Below are positions 1-8,774 of a stretch of DNA of 26,423 nucleotides, piece after piece. Numbering within the stretch: position 1 is the first letter of the stretch; the number at the start of each line of letters is the position of its first letter. The notes beneath the pieces were generated by a model. It was not told the origin of the DNA, did no database searches, and worked only from the letters and a program-made list of their open reading frames with translations. The stretch is taken from the IMG/VR virus record IMGVR_UViG_3300038679_000059, positions 1 through 26,423 of that record, one strand, 5' to 3'. This DNA is from a virus. Lineage: Duplodnaviria; Caudoviricetes. A program made the translations under genes and the position numbers.

Positions 1-35
1 GCGGTTGATCCGGGAGTGTCAAAGAACGGTGCCAT
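1..35 (-). CDS. 5' end of a gene truncated by the window edge (MAPFFDTPGST...), probably the next internal virion protein
   Basis: AAGGAG-6nt-ATG on the minus strand, ATG at 35-33, open to the edge; collinear with the late operon. Confidence 0.55.
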   Translation of the reverse strand, partial: MAPFFDTPGST

Positions 36-45
36 AAGATTCTCC

Positions 46-74
46 TTGACATCTAACTGTCGTTATCTTATATG
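46..74 (+). promoter_or_regulatory. possible sigma70-type promoter for the 92..376 gene
   Basis: TTGACA (46-51), 17 nt spacer, TATATG (69-74, imperfect -10); AGGAGG RBS at 80-85. Confidence 0.45.
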
Positions 75-91
75 AGTTTAGGAGGATTGTC

Positions 92-376
92 ATGTTTAAA
101 CTATGCGTTATCATTTTGGCTCTCTTAATTCCGTGTGTGGCCTTCTCTGAGCGCATCGACGGCCAGACGACCCGCACCTATGACGGAGGCTCTTACACCA
201 ACCTCCGCAGCAGCGACGGGAGTTCTGCCACCATCACCACCACGCCCCAGGGCGGCATTTCGATTTACACCATGCCCAGTACTGGGGAGGTCATTGGCGA
301 CCTGGAACGGGCGAATGAAGGAGCAAGGCGGGCCGTTGAACAGCTTAACCGGCAGATGTACGGGGACCATGATTAG
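92..376 (+). CDS. small secreted protein (moron-like), function unknown
   Basis: Strong RBS; signal-peptide-like N-terminus MFKLCVIILALLIPCVAFS; opposite strand to the flanking late genes. Confidence 0.75.
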   Translation: MFKLCVIILALLIPCVAFSERIDGQTTRTYDGGSYTNLRSSDGSSATITTTPQGGISIYTMPSTGEVIGDLERANEGARRAVEQLNRQMYGDHD

Positions 377-879
377 CTGCCCCCCGCACTTGTATTGGCC
401 GGGATGGTGTAGCTTCCCATGTCAATGGGGTTGAGGCGCTTGCCGGGGATCGTCAGGCGCTTGGAGGCTATGTCAATCGGGGCGCCACCTCCTCCTTTCA
501 GAAAGTCCAAGCCTTTCCCCATGCCGTAGGTTGCCGCTTCCGTAAGCCCGGCCTTACCTGCTCCAGTCAAGGCGCCACTCAGTCCCCCCTCGGTAGCCCC
601 ACCTACTGCCCCGCCAGCGATGGACAATGGGACACCGATATGCGGTGCTCCCAGGAAGTTCGCCGCCATGCCGCCGAGTTTCATCACCGGCGCCGCAATG
701 CTCCCGATGGTTCCAAGAATCCCTTTCTTTTGTCCACCGCCACCAGCATAAGGGTTCGGAGGCGGGACTGATTCAGTCATGCCCTGGGATGCCAACTGTT
801 TAGACTGATTATTAAGTTGGTCTACCTCCATAGACTTGAAAAATTTCCGAATCGCATCTTCGTCAAAATTATCAGCCAT
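373..879 (-). CDS. Gly-rich putative internal virion (ejection) protein
   Basis: Gly/Ala-rich hydrophobic segment (GVPLSIAGGAVGGATEGGLSGALTGAG); lies downstream of the GNAT gene, like podovirus ejection proteins. Confidence 0.55.
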   Translation of the reverse strand: MADNFDEDAIRKFFKSMEVDQLNNQSKQLASQGMTESVPPPNPYAGGGGQKKGILGTIGSIAAPVMKLGGMAANFLGAPHIGVPLSIAGGAVGGATEGGLSGALTGAGKAGLTEAATYGMGKGLDFLKGGGGAPIDIASKRLTIPGKRLNPIDMGSYTIPANTSAGGS

Positions 880-881
880 GG

Positions 882-1439
882 CTATGACATCCCCCCACCA
901 GATTGTCTTTGCGGAGCATAATTAGCCGTATTGGTGCCACTCGTTTGCGAACCGATGATGACGGGAGAACCAGGGAGAGAAATGCCTTTCATAAGTCGGT
1001 CAATGTTGGCCCCCTTCTGGGCCACGTCCATACTCTGGATATTCCCCAACATCCCAGCACTACCTAAAATCTTCTGCCGGGCGAGGTCACCGTATGCCTC
1101 AGTAACCGCCCCCCCTCTGGCTCCACTCCGGGCCAGATTTCCAGCTAAAGACTTCTGGGCACCGCCCCAGGTTCCGGCCAGTTGGTTCATGCCCTGACCA
1201 GTATAAAGGGCTTGTTCCTGGGGGGTCAACCCCTGGTTGGCCCTGGCCACCAACTGGGGCATGAGGGTCTTTTCATAGGCTGTGGAAGTTTCCGCCGGCA
1301 CATAACTCTTCCACGGCAACATTTCGTTTTTAGTGGTACTATTTGTGGTGTTGGTCGTCGTTCCGCCGCCGCCGCCGCCGCCGCTACCACCTTTTAGCCA
1401 AATATATTTTAGGGGCAAGACTGCAAAATATTCATTCAT
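882..1439 (-). CDS. putative DNA ejection/pilot protein
   Basis: Short leader then KGGSGGGGGGGTTT; Q/G/A-rich helical body (NLARSGARGG); ATGA overlap with the GNAT gene; P22 gp7-like position. Confidence 0.6.
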   Translation of the reverse strand: MNEYFAVLPLKYIWLKGGSGGGGGGGTTTNTTNSTTKNEMLPWKSYVPAETSTAYEKTLMPQLVARANQGLTPQEQALYTGQGMNQLAGTWGGAQKSLAGNLARSGARGGAVTEAYGDLARQKILGSAGMLGNIQSMDVAQKGANIDRLMKGISLPGSPVIIGSQTSGTNTANYAPQRQSGGGMS

Positions 1440-1906
1440 GGCTTCTCCTCATAAGTTTTATAGAAATGTAGGTAGCCAAGACGCCGGTTCGCACGAACCA
1501 TGCACTTGATGGACATCTCATGGTTGGGAGTGGCATAATTCGTCTCCGCAGTAGCTCCTAGTTCTCGAGCCCAATTTTCAAATTCCTTCAATAAATAGGA
1601 TGATTTAAAACTCAACGGGTATAGGAATTGAAGTTCACTGACTCTCTGGTGCTTGTAAAATAAAGGATAATTCACCACCCAGCCAGCCAGGAACCCAATC
1701 GGCCGGTCATCATCATCGACAGACACCAGAACGATGTTTTCTTCCGTGTGCATCTTAAAAAGCAGGAAACTTACCACCCCGTTTTCGGTGTCAACCGGGT
1801 TGTCGGATAGTAGCCACTGGCCGTAGTCTTTCAACTGGTCAAGGAGTTTGATAAATAATCCCGTCAAGATCGGAATGTCTCTGAGTTCGGCCCGGCGTAC
1901 CTTCAT
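1436..1906 (-). CDS. GNAT-fold acetyltransferase-like protein
   Basis: MKVRRAELRDIP start, IGFLAG strand, LLKEFENWARELGA helix typical of GNATs; position like P22 gp14 / T7 gp13. Confidence 0.7.
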   Translation of the reverse strand: MKVRRAELRDIPILTGLFIKLLDQLKDYGQWLLSDNPVDTENGVVSFLLFKMHTEENIVLVSVDDDDRPIGFLAGWVVNYPLFYKHQRVSELQFLYPLSFKSSYLLKEFENWARELGATAETNYATPNHEMSIKCMVRANRRLGYLHFYKTYEEKP

Positions 1907-2038
1907 TTATTTTCCTTTCTTCTTTTTTTGGGACTTATTCTTGCCCTTTTTCTTGCCGCCCAATTTCCCAGACTTCCGGCTCTCTTTGGTAGAGATGGCC
2001 CAGGTTGTCCGGTCTTGTGCTGATTTCTTGGGTTTCAT
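1907..2038 (-). CDS. 43-aa Lys-rich basic microprotein (not in ORF track)
   Basis: MKPKKSAQDRTTWAISTKESRKSGKLGGKKKGKNKSQKKKKGK; GGAG upstream; fills the gap, with its TAA abutting the next ATG. Confidence 0.65.
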   Translation of the reverse strand: MKPKKSAQDRTTWAISTKESRKSGKLGGKKKGKNKSQKKKKGK

Positions 2039-2041
2039 CGG

Positions 2042-3172
2042 TTACTCCACATAAACATAACCGCCATAGATGCAGGTCAACGGGTTAGTGGCCCAAGTAG
2101 GCTGAACGCTTTTTATTTCAAAATAATCTCCGGCTACCATTGGAATATTTAAGGAAGTATTGCTAAAAACTCGTTCATTCGTATTAACGGCTTTTGTCTG
2201 TATCAAGTAATCAGTCGTGTTGTTTTTCCTAATATACAATGACCAGTTTTCGGCTGTTCCCGCCGTGCCGGAATAACAGTAAATTTCAGCAATCTTGATC
2301 GTTCCGGCCTTACGGATATAAACCTTGCTCACATTGGCAGTGGCAATCGGGGCCTTGGGGAGCATCCCGAAATAAACCGTGGCACCATCGCCGGGAGAAG
2401 ATGTCAGGGCTTGAACATTGATGCAGTAGCCAACTGTCGGGCCGGCAGGCCCTTGGATGCCTTGAATACCCTGGATGCCTTGCGGTCCCTGATCTCCGGC
2501 GTCACCCTTAACTCCTGGTGTACCTGGTGCCCCGTCATTGCCGGGGGGGCCTTGGATGCCTTGAATACCCTGGGGGCCATCATCCCCAGTATCTCCCTTA
2601 ATACCTTGCTGACCTACTGCGCCATCACTACCGGCAAGGCCTTGTATTCCCTGTATTCCCTGTGGGCCAGGGTCACCAGGGTCACCCTTCGGACCGGCGG
2701 GGCCATCTGCACCATCGTTGCCAGGAAGCCCCTGTACTCCGTCAAAATAATCAATCCCTTTTATAGGAGAATAACCGGGACTCCCTATGGCACCATTCTC
2801 CCCATCAAAATAGTCAACACCCTTAATGGGTGTGTAACCATCGGCCCCTGGAATACCTTGCGGTCCCTGCGGTCCCACTCCGCCAGGTAATCCCTGTTCG
2901 CCTTGCGGCCCCGATGGTCCAGGTGCCCCAGGTGCCCCAGGGGTTAGTTCTATCGCCTGTAGGTCGGCATAGGTCGCAAATGGATTATCGTAACTTGGTG
3001 GTTCGTCTATACCAAACAACGCAGCCTTCTCTATCTCATTAATAAATTGGTGGGAAGCATCTTGTGTCAAACTACTAATCGGGACTTCCTCCAAAGTTAT
3101 GTTTACCCGAGAACCATCCCAACTAAAACCGCGCTGCATTATCCTTTGTAGATGGTTTAATATAATTCCCAT
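2042..3172 (-). CDS. collagen-like (Gly-X-Y) fibre protein
   Basis: Long GXY runs (GPQGIQGIQG), two GY[TS]PIKG[VI]DYFDG interruptions, beta-rich C-terminal domain. Confidence 0.85.
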   Translation of the reverse strand: MGIILNHLQRIMQRGFSWDGSRVNITLEEVPISSLTQDASHQFINEIEKAALFGIDEPPSYDNPFATYADLQAIELTPGAPGAPGPSGPQGEQGLPGGVGPQGPQGIPGADGYTPIKGVDYFDGENGAIGSPGYSPIKGIDYFDGVQGLPGNDGADGPAGPKGDPGDPGPQGIQGIQGLAGSDGAVGQQGIKGDTGDDGPQGIQGIQGPPGNDGAPGTPGVKGDAGDQGPQGIQGIQGIQGPAGPTVGYCINVQALTSSPGDGATVYFGMLPKAPIATANVSKVYIRKAGTIKIAEIYCYSGTAGTAENWSLYIRKNNTTDYLIQTKAVNTNERVFSNTSLNIPMVAGDYFEIKSVQPTWATNPLTCIYGGYVYVE

Positions 3173-3336
3173 TATGGAGCCTGTATTAATCCGTTGACCG
3201 TTGCCGTAAGCGACGCAACGGTTGACTTCAGTTGAGCAACCTCAGTTTTTAACGCTGCCACTTCGTTGCTCATGGTCTGGTTCTGCGCCTCTAAATTATT
3301 AATACGTCTTAGATTTTCAGCCTCGTTCGCCATCAT
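3172..3336 (-). CDS. 54-aa coiled-coil protein (not in ORF track), possible tail needle/plug
   Basis: MMANEAENLRRINNLEAQNQTMSNEVAALKTEVAQLKSTVASLTATVNGLIQAP; regular heptads; start and stop overlap both neighbours. Confidence 0.75.
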   Translation of the reverse strand: MMANEAENLRRINNLEAQNQTMSNEVAALKTEVAQLKSTVASLTATVNGLIQAP

Positions 3337-5903
3337 ACGCCTACCTGTTCAAGTTCAAGGGGACAAGTCAGCACAAAGTCCTCAGTCGTGGATACGAGAG
3401 TAAAACCCAACTGAGTCCCGGTCATGCCCAGGGGGAGCGACAAGGGACTGCTGCGCCGGGTTGCGTTAGGCAAAGATAAGGCCGGGCTAACTGCGGTACC
3501 ATCCAGGGTCAAGGTGAGCGCCAGGGGGCCACCGGTCAGGGAATAGTCCAGAGCGAAAAAGTCTTTCAGGCCAGCACTGCCACACAGTTGCTCGGGGATC
3601 ACCAACCTTGCCGGGAGCGGGCCCGTGCCAGCGTCGAACTCGTAAATTTCCACCCCCAGGGCGTAGTAGACCTTTCCTTCAACTTGGTCGGCAAAGATGG
3701 CGGTCGGAGCAAAACTCCCCACATAATGAGCGACTGCCGCACCCAGGCGATAATCTATCCGCATGACCCGAGGCGTCCCGGTCTTATCTGTGAAGGCCAA
3801 GTAAGCCCGGTCCCCGATCATGTCTCCGAATACCGCTGAGAAATCAGCCACGACCGGGTTGATCTTGGGCAGGTAATAGGTGTCGCTGATGTAAAACCCA
3901 AGTTTGGAGGCATACACCTGCCCCCCAGAGATGTCGGTAAGCAGGAGCCGTGAACTTACCGCCCCCTGCTTGGCGCCAAGGACGGTTTGCCAGTACGCCG
4001 GGGTCTCGCCAGCCAACTGGATCAGGTGCTCCCGGTCCTTGCCGCGGACGGCGACGTAGCTCCCCATGACCGCCACTTGCCGGAGTTGCTCACCTTCAGT
4101 CAGAATCAACTCATTCTGCAAAGGGAATCCCTCGTAGAGCAGCGGTTCGCTGAACCTAACCGTGTTGTCGCCCATGACCATGAAGATGCGGCCGGCCCAG
4201 GAAACCATGTCGACGCAGGCCGGAGGCTTCTTGTTGTTGAAATAGTTCTCCACCTCCACCAGGGCCGTTGCCGGGTCGTCATAGTTCAAGGAAGTGGCGG
4301 TATTGTTCTCCAAATATGCCACCATCGGCTGGGTAAGTGATCCCCCCAGGATGGCCAGGCGGCGCTTCGTGGTCTGCGAGTCGGTGTCTGGGGTCAGGCC
4401 GGAGATCAAGATAGGTTGGGCTGCAACCGTGATCGGCCCCACGAAGTTGCTGTAGGGTCCATAATTCCCCAACTCGTTCTGGTAGGCCACCGCCACCCAG
4501 TAGGAGCCGAACAGGTTGCCGCCGCCCAGGAAACAGTTATCAAAATTGACTTCTGCATTGCCATTTATCGGGGTCAATTCGATCCTGACCCCGGTAATGG
4601 TGCTCCAGTCCCGGCCGGCCGCCGTGCCTATCCGCAAAAAATTTGACTGTAGAATATTCAGGTTCGCCCACGAAAGGCTGTTGGCAGGGGTGACCCCCGC
4701 CAAAATGGTCTGGAGATCATACTGTTTTTGGGTCTCCGTTCCGCCCGGAGAAACATCGCCTTTGAGAACATACGGCGAAACCGCCGTGGCCTGTACCTGA
4801 CTCTGAACTGAGGTCATCATGCCGGTCCCAGATTCAGCTAATTGCACCGTGCTATACCCGCCGACATTGATAATCATCTGGTAAAAGTCATCGGTATAGG
4901 CCCCGTTCACAGCGCAGCTAAATTTTATGACGATGGTGCCGACATTCACCAAATTCTGAGCGAAAAAGGACAAAAGAATGGTCAGATATTCGCCTGCGTC
5001 TCCAGGAGTTGTGAAGTAAGTCAGGTCCATGTTGTTAAGAACTTTCTGCGCAACCCCCGTGCTTCCCAGGTTGACCCTCATTTTCATGCTTTGGAGGCCG
5101 TCTTTGAATGTAACTAGGTCGGGTTCGATGGTGCCACCCGTAACCGACCAGTTGCTGACGCTTAACGACGCACTATAAGCTATTAAAGCATCGCCGGTGC
5201 CGGCAACTCTGGTTAAATTCCCTGGTGCAGCTGGAGCTACCAGCCCTACGCATTTAATTGTCCCGGCAATCGTGGGGGCAACTCCGCTGCAAGTGACCAA
5301 CACGACCGTCCATACAGTCATGGCCGAGTCGGTATAAGTGTCGCCCGCTGCCGGCACAGCAGTAATCCCGGAAACGGTGAAGACATAATGGCCTACGGTC
5401 TCAAACGGAGCCATGGCTTTTGATTGCGAGGTGCCCGGGGCTATCGTGGGGTCCGGTGGGGTGTTCAGCCCCCACTCGTGGGTGGTCACCCACCCCGGCT
5501 TCCACTTGCGCTGCCGGGTGCCGTCGGACATCACCACGTATTCGTCGTTGATTGGCAGAATCTTAAATGTTCCGGTGAAGGTCGCGTCTATTAAGGTGGT
5601 GGTGAATTGACCTGGGGCTATTACAGGAGTTCCTTCTAATATTAAAATCTTCTGAGTAGTCATCCGCAGACCATCGGCGTGGGTCGTAAAAACGTATCTG
5701 ACCTGATTCAGATAGACGATATGGCCGTCAATAATGTCGGCCGGCAGGGTCCAGGTAAGCAAACCTTCCCGCATGGGTTTGACAACCCCGGGGACAGAGA
5801 AGTCGCAGCCGACCGACTCCTGCGTCTCGCCGGGGAGAACTTGAGGGGCAGAATCCCGCAGGTTCATGCCGAGATGGAGCGTTTCAAGAATTGCGCCTGG
5901 CAT
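3333..5903 (-). CDS. putative tail nozzle / DNA stabilisation protein with inserted beta-sandwich domains
   Basis: 856 aa, beta-rich; propeller-like segment WAGRIFMVMGDNTVRFSEPLLYEGFP; follows the adaptor gene. Confidence 0.6.
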   Translation of the reverse strand: MPGAILETLHLGMNLRDSAPQVLPGETQESVGCDFSVPGVVKPMREGLLTWTLPADIIDGHIVYLNQVRYVFTTHADGLRMTTQKILILEGTPVIAPGQFTTTLIDATFTGTFKILPINDEYVVMSDGTRQRKWKPGWVTTHEWGLNTPPDPTIAPGTSQSKAMAPFETVGHYVFTVSGITAVPAAGDTYTDSAMTVWTVVLVTCSGVAPTIAGTIKCVGLVAPAAPGNLTRVAGTGDALIAYSASLSVSNWSVTGGTIEPDLVTFKDGLQSMKMRVNLGSTGVAQKVLNNMDLTYFTTPGDAGEYLTILLSFFAQNLVNVGTIVIKFSCAVNGAYTDDFYQMIINVGGYSTVQLAESGTGMMTSVQSQVQATAVSPYVLKGDVSPGGTETQKQYDLQTILAGVTPANSLSWANLNILQSNFLRIGTAAGRDWSTITGVRIELTPINGNAEVNFDNCFLGGGNLFGSYWVAVAYQNELGNYGPYSNFVGPITVAAQPILISGLTPDTDSQTTKRRLAILGGSLTQPMVAYLENNTATSLNYDDPATALVEVENYFNNKKPPACVDMVSWAGRIFMVMGDNTVRFSEPLLYEGFPLQNELILTEGEQLRQVAVMGSYVAVRGKDREHLIQLAGETPAYWQTVLGAKQGAVSSRLLLTDISGGQVYASKLGFYISDTYYLPKINPVVADFSAVFGDMIGDRAYLAFTDKTGTPRVMRIDYRLGAAVAHYVGSFAPTAIFADQVEGKVYYALGVEIYEFDAGTGPLPARLVIPEQLCGSAGLKDFFALDYSLTGGPLALTLTLDGTAVSPALSLPNATRRSSPLSLPLGMTGTQLGFTLVSTTEDFVLTCPLELEQVGV

Positions 5904-7027
5904 TAGCTTAAATACTCCCCTGAGGCTCGATCCTCAATCTCGCCGTCTGTTTCCACCAGCGTTTCGTCGCTCAGTTTGTACTCGTTGACGTAGGCATTGA
6001 AAACCGCCAGGGCGTCCGCCGCCTTCTGGGGCTGGGCTACCCCGGCGAACTTGCCCAGGGCCAGCCAGTAGGTAGCAAAGGCGATCACGGCCTCGTGGTA
6101 GACCTCCGGTATCTCGCAGATCATCGTGTCGGTGGCCACCGCCAGGGTGATGGGCTTGCGGGCGATGTCCAGGCCGATAGTCCCCTGCCCGCTGATCACG
6201 TCGGCAATCACGCCCACCTGCGTTCCTATCAGGACGTGGCCGGTGTCGGCGTCGATGTTTACCCCGTAGTTGGACATGAGAATTTCAAAGACGTCCCCCA
6301 CCGCCCATGACCCGGCGCTCAGGGTGGCCGTCACCTTATCGTTGACGGCGTCCTGGTCACCGATGGCCGTGATTTCTCCCCAGGTCCCCTGAGTCGTATT
6401 GTAGACCGGATACCCCACCATGGCGCCAAGGAGAACCAGGTCACGGCCATCAGCGTCCACCAGGAAGGCAGAGGCGGCATACCCAGCCTTATGGGTCCCG
6501 GCGATGTCTCCGGCGATGGTGTACCCGGTGATCCCGGTCACCTTCCCATAATCAGTAGCGTTCACCATGACATTTGCGTCTGAAGTGGGAATAGGTGAAA
6601 CCCCGACCATCTGCCGGTTGCCCGTGCGGTAAGTCGGAAACATATAAGTCGGGTCCCCGGCCGTGCCGCGGTACTGGCAATCTATCCGTTGCATGGCCTT
6701 GGAGTCCGGGATGATTGTCAGTTCATCGTACTCAGTGGCCCCGTTGCCCGTGTAGTACCGGGCGGACAAGACCTTGAGCGTACCGGACGGCAGGCCGTAA
6801 TTTTGTCTCCCGGAAGCGCAGATGATGACGGCCGGCTGCTGGAGGCAGGCGGTTTTCTTCGCAAACAAGTTCTGGCCCATATTCAAGGCCTGAACCACGT
6901 TGGCGTCGGTGTACCGGTTCACGTCATCCGGCCCCACCCCCAGTCGCCCCCGGGTAACCTGAATCATTTCTCGACAGGTCAGGCCCTCGTAGGTTGCGTC
7001 TATGTCGATCTGAACCACGTTTGTCAT
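5903..7027 (-). CDS. putative head-tail adaptor protein with central insertion
   Basis: N-terminal helix pair (YTDANVVQALNMGQ), GRQNYGLPSG..KVLS and C-terminal EIPEVYHEAVIAFATY, typical of podovirus adaptors. Confidence 0.65.
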   Translation of the reverse strand: MTNVVQIDIDATYEGLTCREMIQVTRGRLGVGPDDVNRYTDANVVQALNMGQNLFAKKTACLQQPAVIICASGRQNYGLPSGTLKVLSARYYTGNGATEYDELTIIPDSKAMQRIDCQYRGTAGDPTYMFPTYRTGNRQMVGVSPIPTSDANVMVNATDYGKVTGITGYTIAGDIAGTHKAGYAASAFLVDADGRDLVLLGAMVGYPVYNTTQGTWGEITAIGDQDAVNDKVTATLSAGSWAVGDVFEILMSNYGVNIDADTGHVLIGTQVGVIADVISGQGTIGLDIARKPITLAVATDTMICEIPEVYHEAVIAFATYWLALGKFAGVAQPQKAADALAVFNAYVNEYKLSDETLVETDGEIEDRASGEYLS

Positions 7028-7995
7028 CAGGCCACCTCTTTCTGGATAAGGTTGGTCAAGTCATCATCGGCCCAACCAAAGACCGGCCAGAACTTTTTTA
7101 CCAACCACGACGCTGGATAAATTTGTTTGTCCCACCTGCCATTAAAAAATTGGTCCCAGGTTTTGGCCTTGGTCTTTTTCTGTTCCCGCCCAGATTGTGG
7201 ATAGGGAAAAGTGAAATCTCCGCCCTGAGTCCGAAACATATGAGCATACCAGGTATTATGGTTGATTAAGACACGCCCACCCGACAGCCAGGTTTTGCAG
7301 GCCACTTCTATACCCTGATTTCCCCAGCTTCCCAGTGATTCATCGCATAAATTTAGTTCCCAATATTTTTCCCGAGAGACCATGAAGCAAGAGCCCTGAA
7401 GGCTCATCGTCTCGCTAAATCCTGACTGCTTGGCCGCCTCCCTGATTCCGGGCCGATGCTTATATTCCTCAAAATACTGAAATTTGGGTACAGCATCAAA
7501 GCAATATGACCATGACTGTGGATTATGTTTGCCCACCCACATCATCTTACGCTTCACATTGGTGCTGTCACACTGCTCACACCTCTCCGGGGTCGGTCCC
7601 TGATATTTTTTCCAACCGCAGGAGTAGCATTTCCAATCAAAGGCCCAGAGGTTCCGCATGATGGGCGCCATAGTAACAGCGTCCCCGACCCCGGCGAACC
7701 CCTCTATCATAATCCGGTCGAAGCCTTTGTCGAATGAGCAGTGAGCATCCACTTTCATCAGGTATCGCCCCTGAGCTAGTTTAGCGGCCATGTTGGTTGC
7801 GGCCCGTTGCCCGATGCTTTCCGGCACATAGATGATGTTCACCCGGTCATGTTGCGGTAAAGGCGGATCGGCCCACGCCCCATCCAGAACAGCAATCACT
7901 TCCGTGTTGGCTTCGCTGTGTTCAAAAATATCCTGAATTGTTCGCGCCAGGAACATCTCATTGCGGGCCGGGATGAGGATGCTAAGGTCTTTCAT
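7027..7995 (-). CDS. GT-A glycosyltransferase, ppGalNAc-T-like, with Zn-ribbon insertion
   Basis: LSILIPARNE, VLDG, DAHC, WGNQGIEVACKTWLSGG...AHMFR; CYSC...CEQC insert. Confidence 0.85.
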   Translation of the reverse strand: MKDLSILIPARNEMFLARTIQDIFEHSEANTEVIAVLDGAWADPPLPQHDRVNIIYVPESIGQRAATNMAAKLAQGRYLMKVDAHCSFDKGFDRIMIEGFAGVGDAVTMAPIMRNLWAFDWKCYSCGWKKYQGPTPERCEQCDSTNVKRKMMWVGKHNPQSWSYCFDAVPKFQYFEEYKHRPGIREAAKQSGFSETMSLQGSCFMVSREKYWELNLCDESLGSWGNQGIEVACKTWLSGGRVLINHNTWYAHMFRTQGGDFTFPYPQSGREQKKTKAKTWDQFFNGRWDKQIYPASWLVKKFWPVFGWADDDLTNLIQKEVA

Positions 7996-8774
7996 GCTAA
8001 CTCACATCCCTTAGTGGTTTCACCGGACCACCAGCAATAATTCCAAACGGCTGATTTATTAAGACCAAACCTGCCTGGCAAGTTCCAAAATGACACGTCT
8101 TCAAAACTGCCTTCCCGCCATTCTTCCGGCTGATGCTTAAAGTCTTTTAGGTAAACCTTGGGAGGCGAATAGGTCTGTCGGTGTCGAATATCAATATTAG
8201 GATAAACCGACCGCCATTTTTCGTGTCCTTCATCACTAAATCCTCCCCGGCGCCGAGGCTTGATACCGGGTTCATACCCCATCTTCCGTGCCCAACCGGG
8301 TTCCCGGCTTTTAATTTCGCTGAGGCCCGATTCGTAAATGTGGTCAAGACGCCGCTGATAATGGTTCAGGGCCAACTCCCGGCTACAACACATCATAGAT
8401 AATGACGTAAGCCCTTCATAGGCAATCAAGCGGTCATGGGGATAATGCCACCGCCAATTATTGATGTTATAATAGAATATATCATCTCTCGGTGGCGAAA
8501 ACTCAAAATGCGAGGGATGATAAAGCACGTCATGTTCAAGAAAGTAAACGTAATCTGTAGTCAAATTCTTCAACCCGATAACGATCTGCGTAACCATAGT
8601 GGGGTAGCTGCGTTCTGCGCCTTTCAAAACAATGTTCGTCCCCAGTTCCGTCGACTTATTCAAAGACACGGACACGATCTCCCCGATAAGGGCGTATCTC
8701 AGTTGATCAAGGCAAGCGGCCATAATCTCCTGTTGTACATGAAAATCGGTGTAATATATACCGCCCTTGGTCAT
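7992..8774 (-). CDS. putative GT-A glycosyltransferase (ExD family, copy 3)
   Basis: IYYT, IVSVS, DYVYFLEHDVLYHPSHFEFSPP; paralogous to 9348..9980 and 10858..11520. Confidence 0.65.
   Translation of the reverse strand: MTKGGIYYTDFHVQQEIMAACLDQLRYALIGEIVSVSLNKSTELGTNIVLKGAERSYPTMVTQIVIGLKNLTTDYVYFLEHDVLYHPSHFEFSPPRDDIFYYNINNWRWHYPHDRLIAYEGLTSLSMMCCSRELALNHYQRRLDHIYESGLSEIKSREPGWARKMGYEPGIKPRRRGGFSDEGHEKWRSVYPNIDIRHRQTYSPPKVYLKDFKHQPEEWREGSFEDVSFWNLPGRFGLNKSAVWNYCWWSGETTKGCELA

Noticed and set aside
1362-1384. (CCG)n tract as a phase-variable repeat
   Set aside because: In-frame trinucleotide run encoding poly-Gly; length change would not shift the frame.
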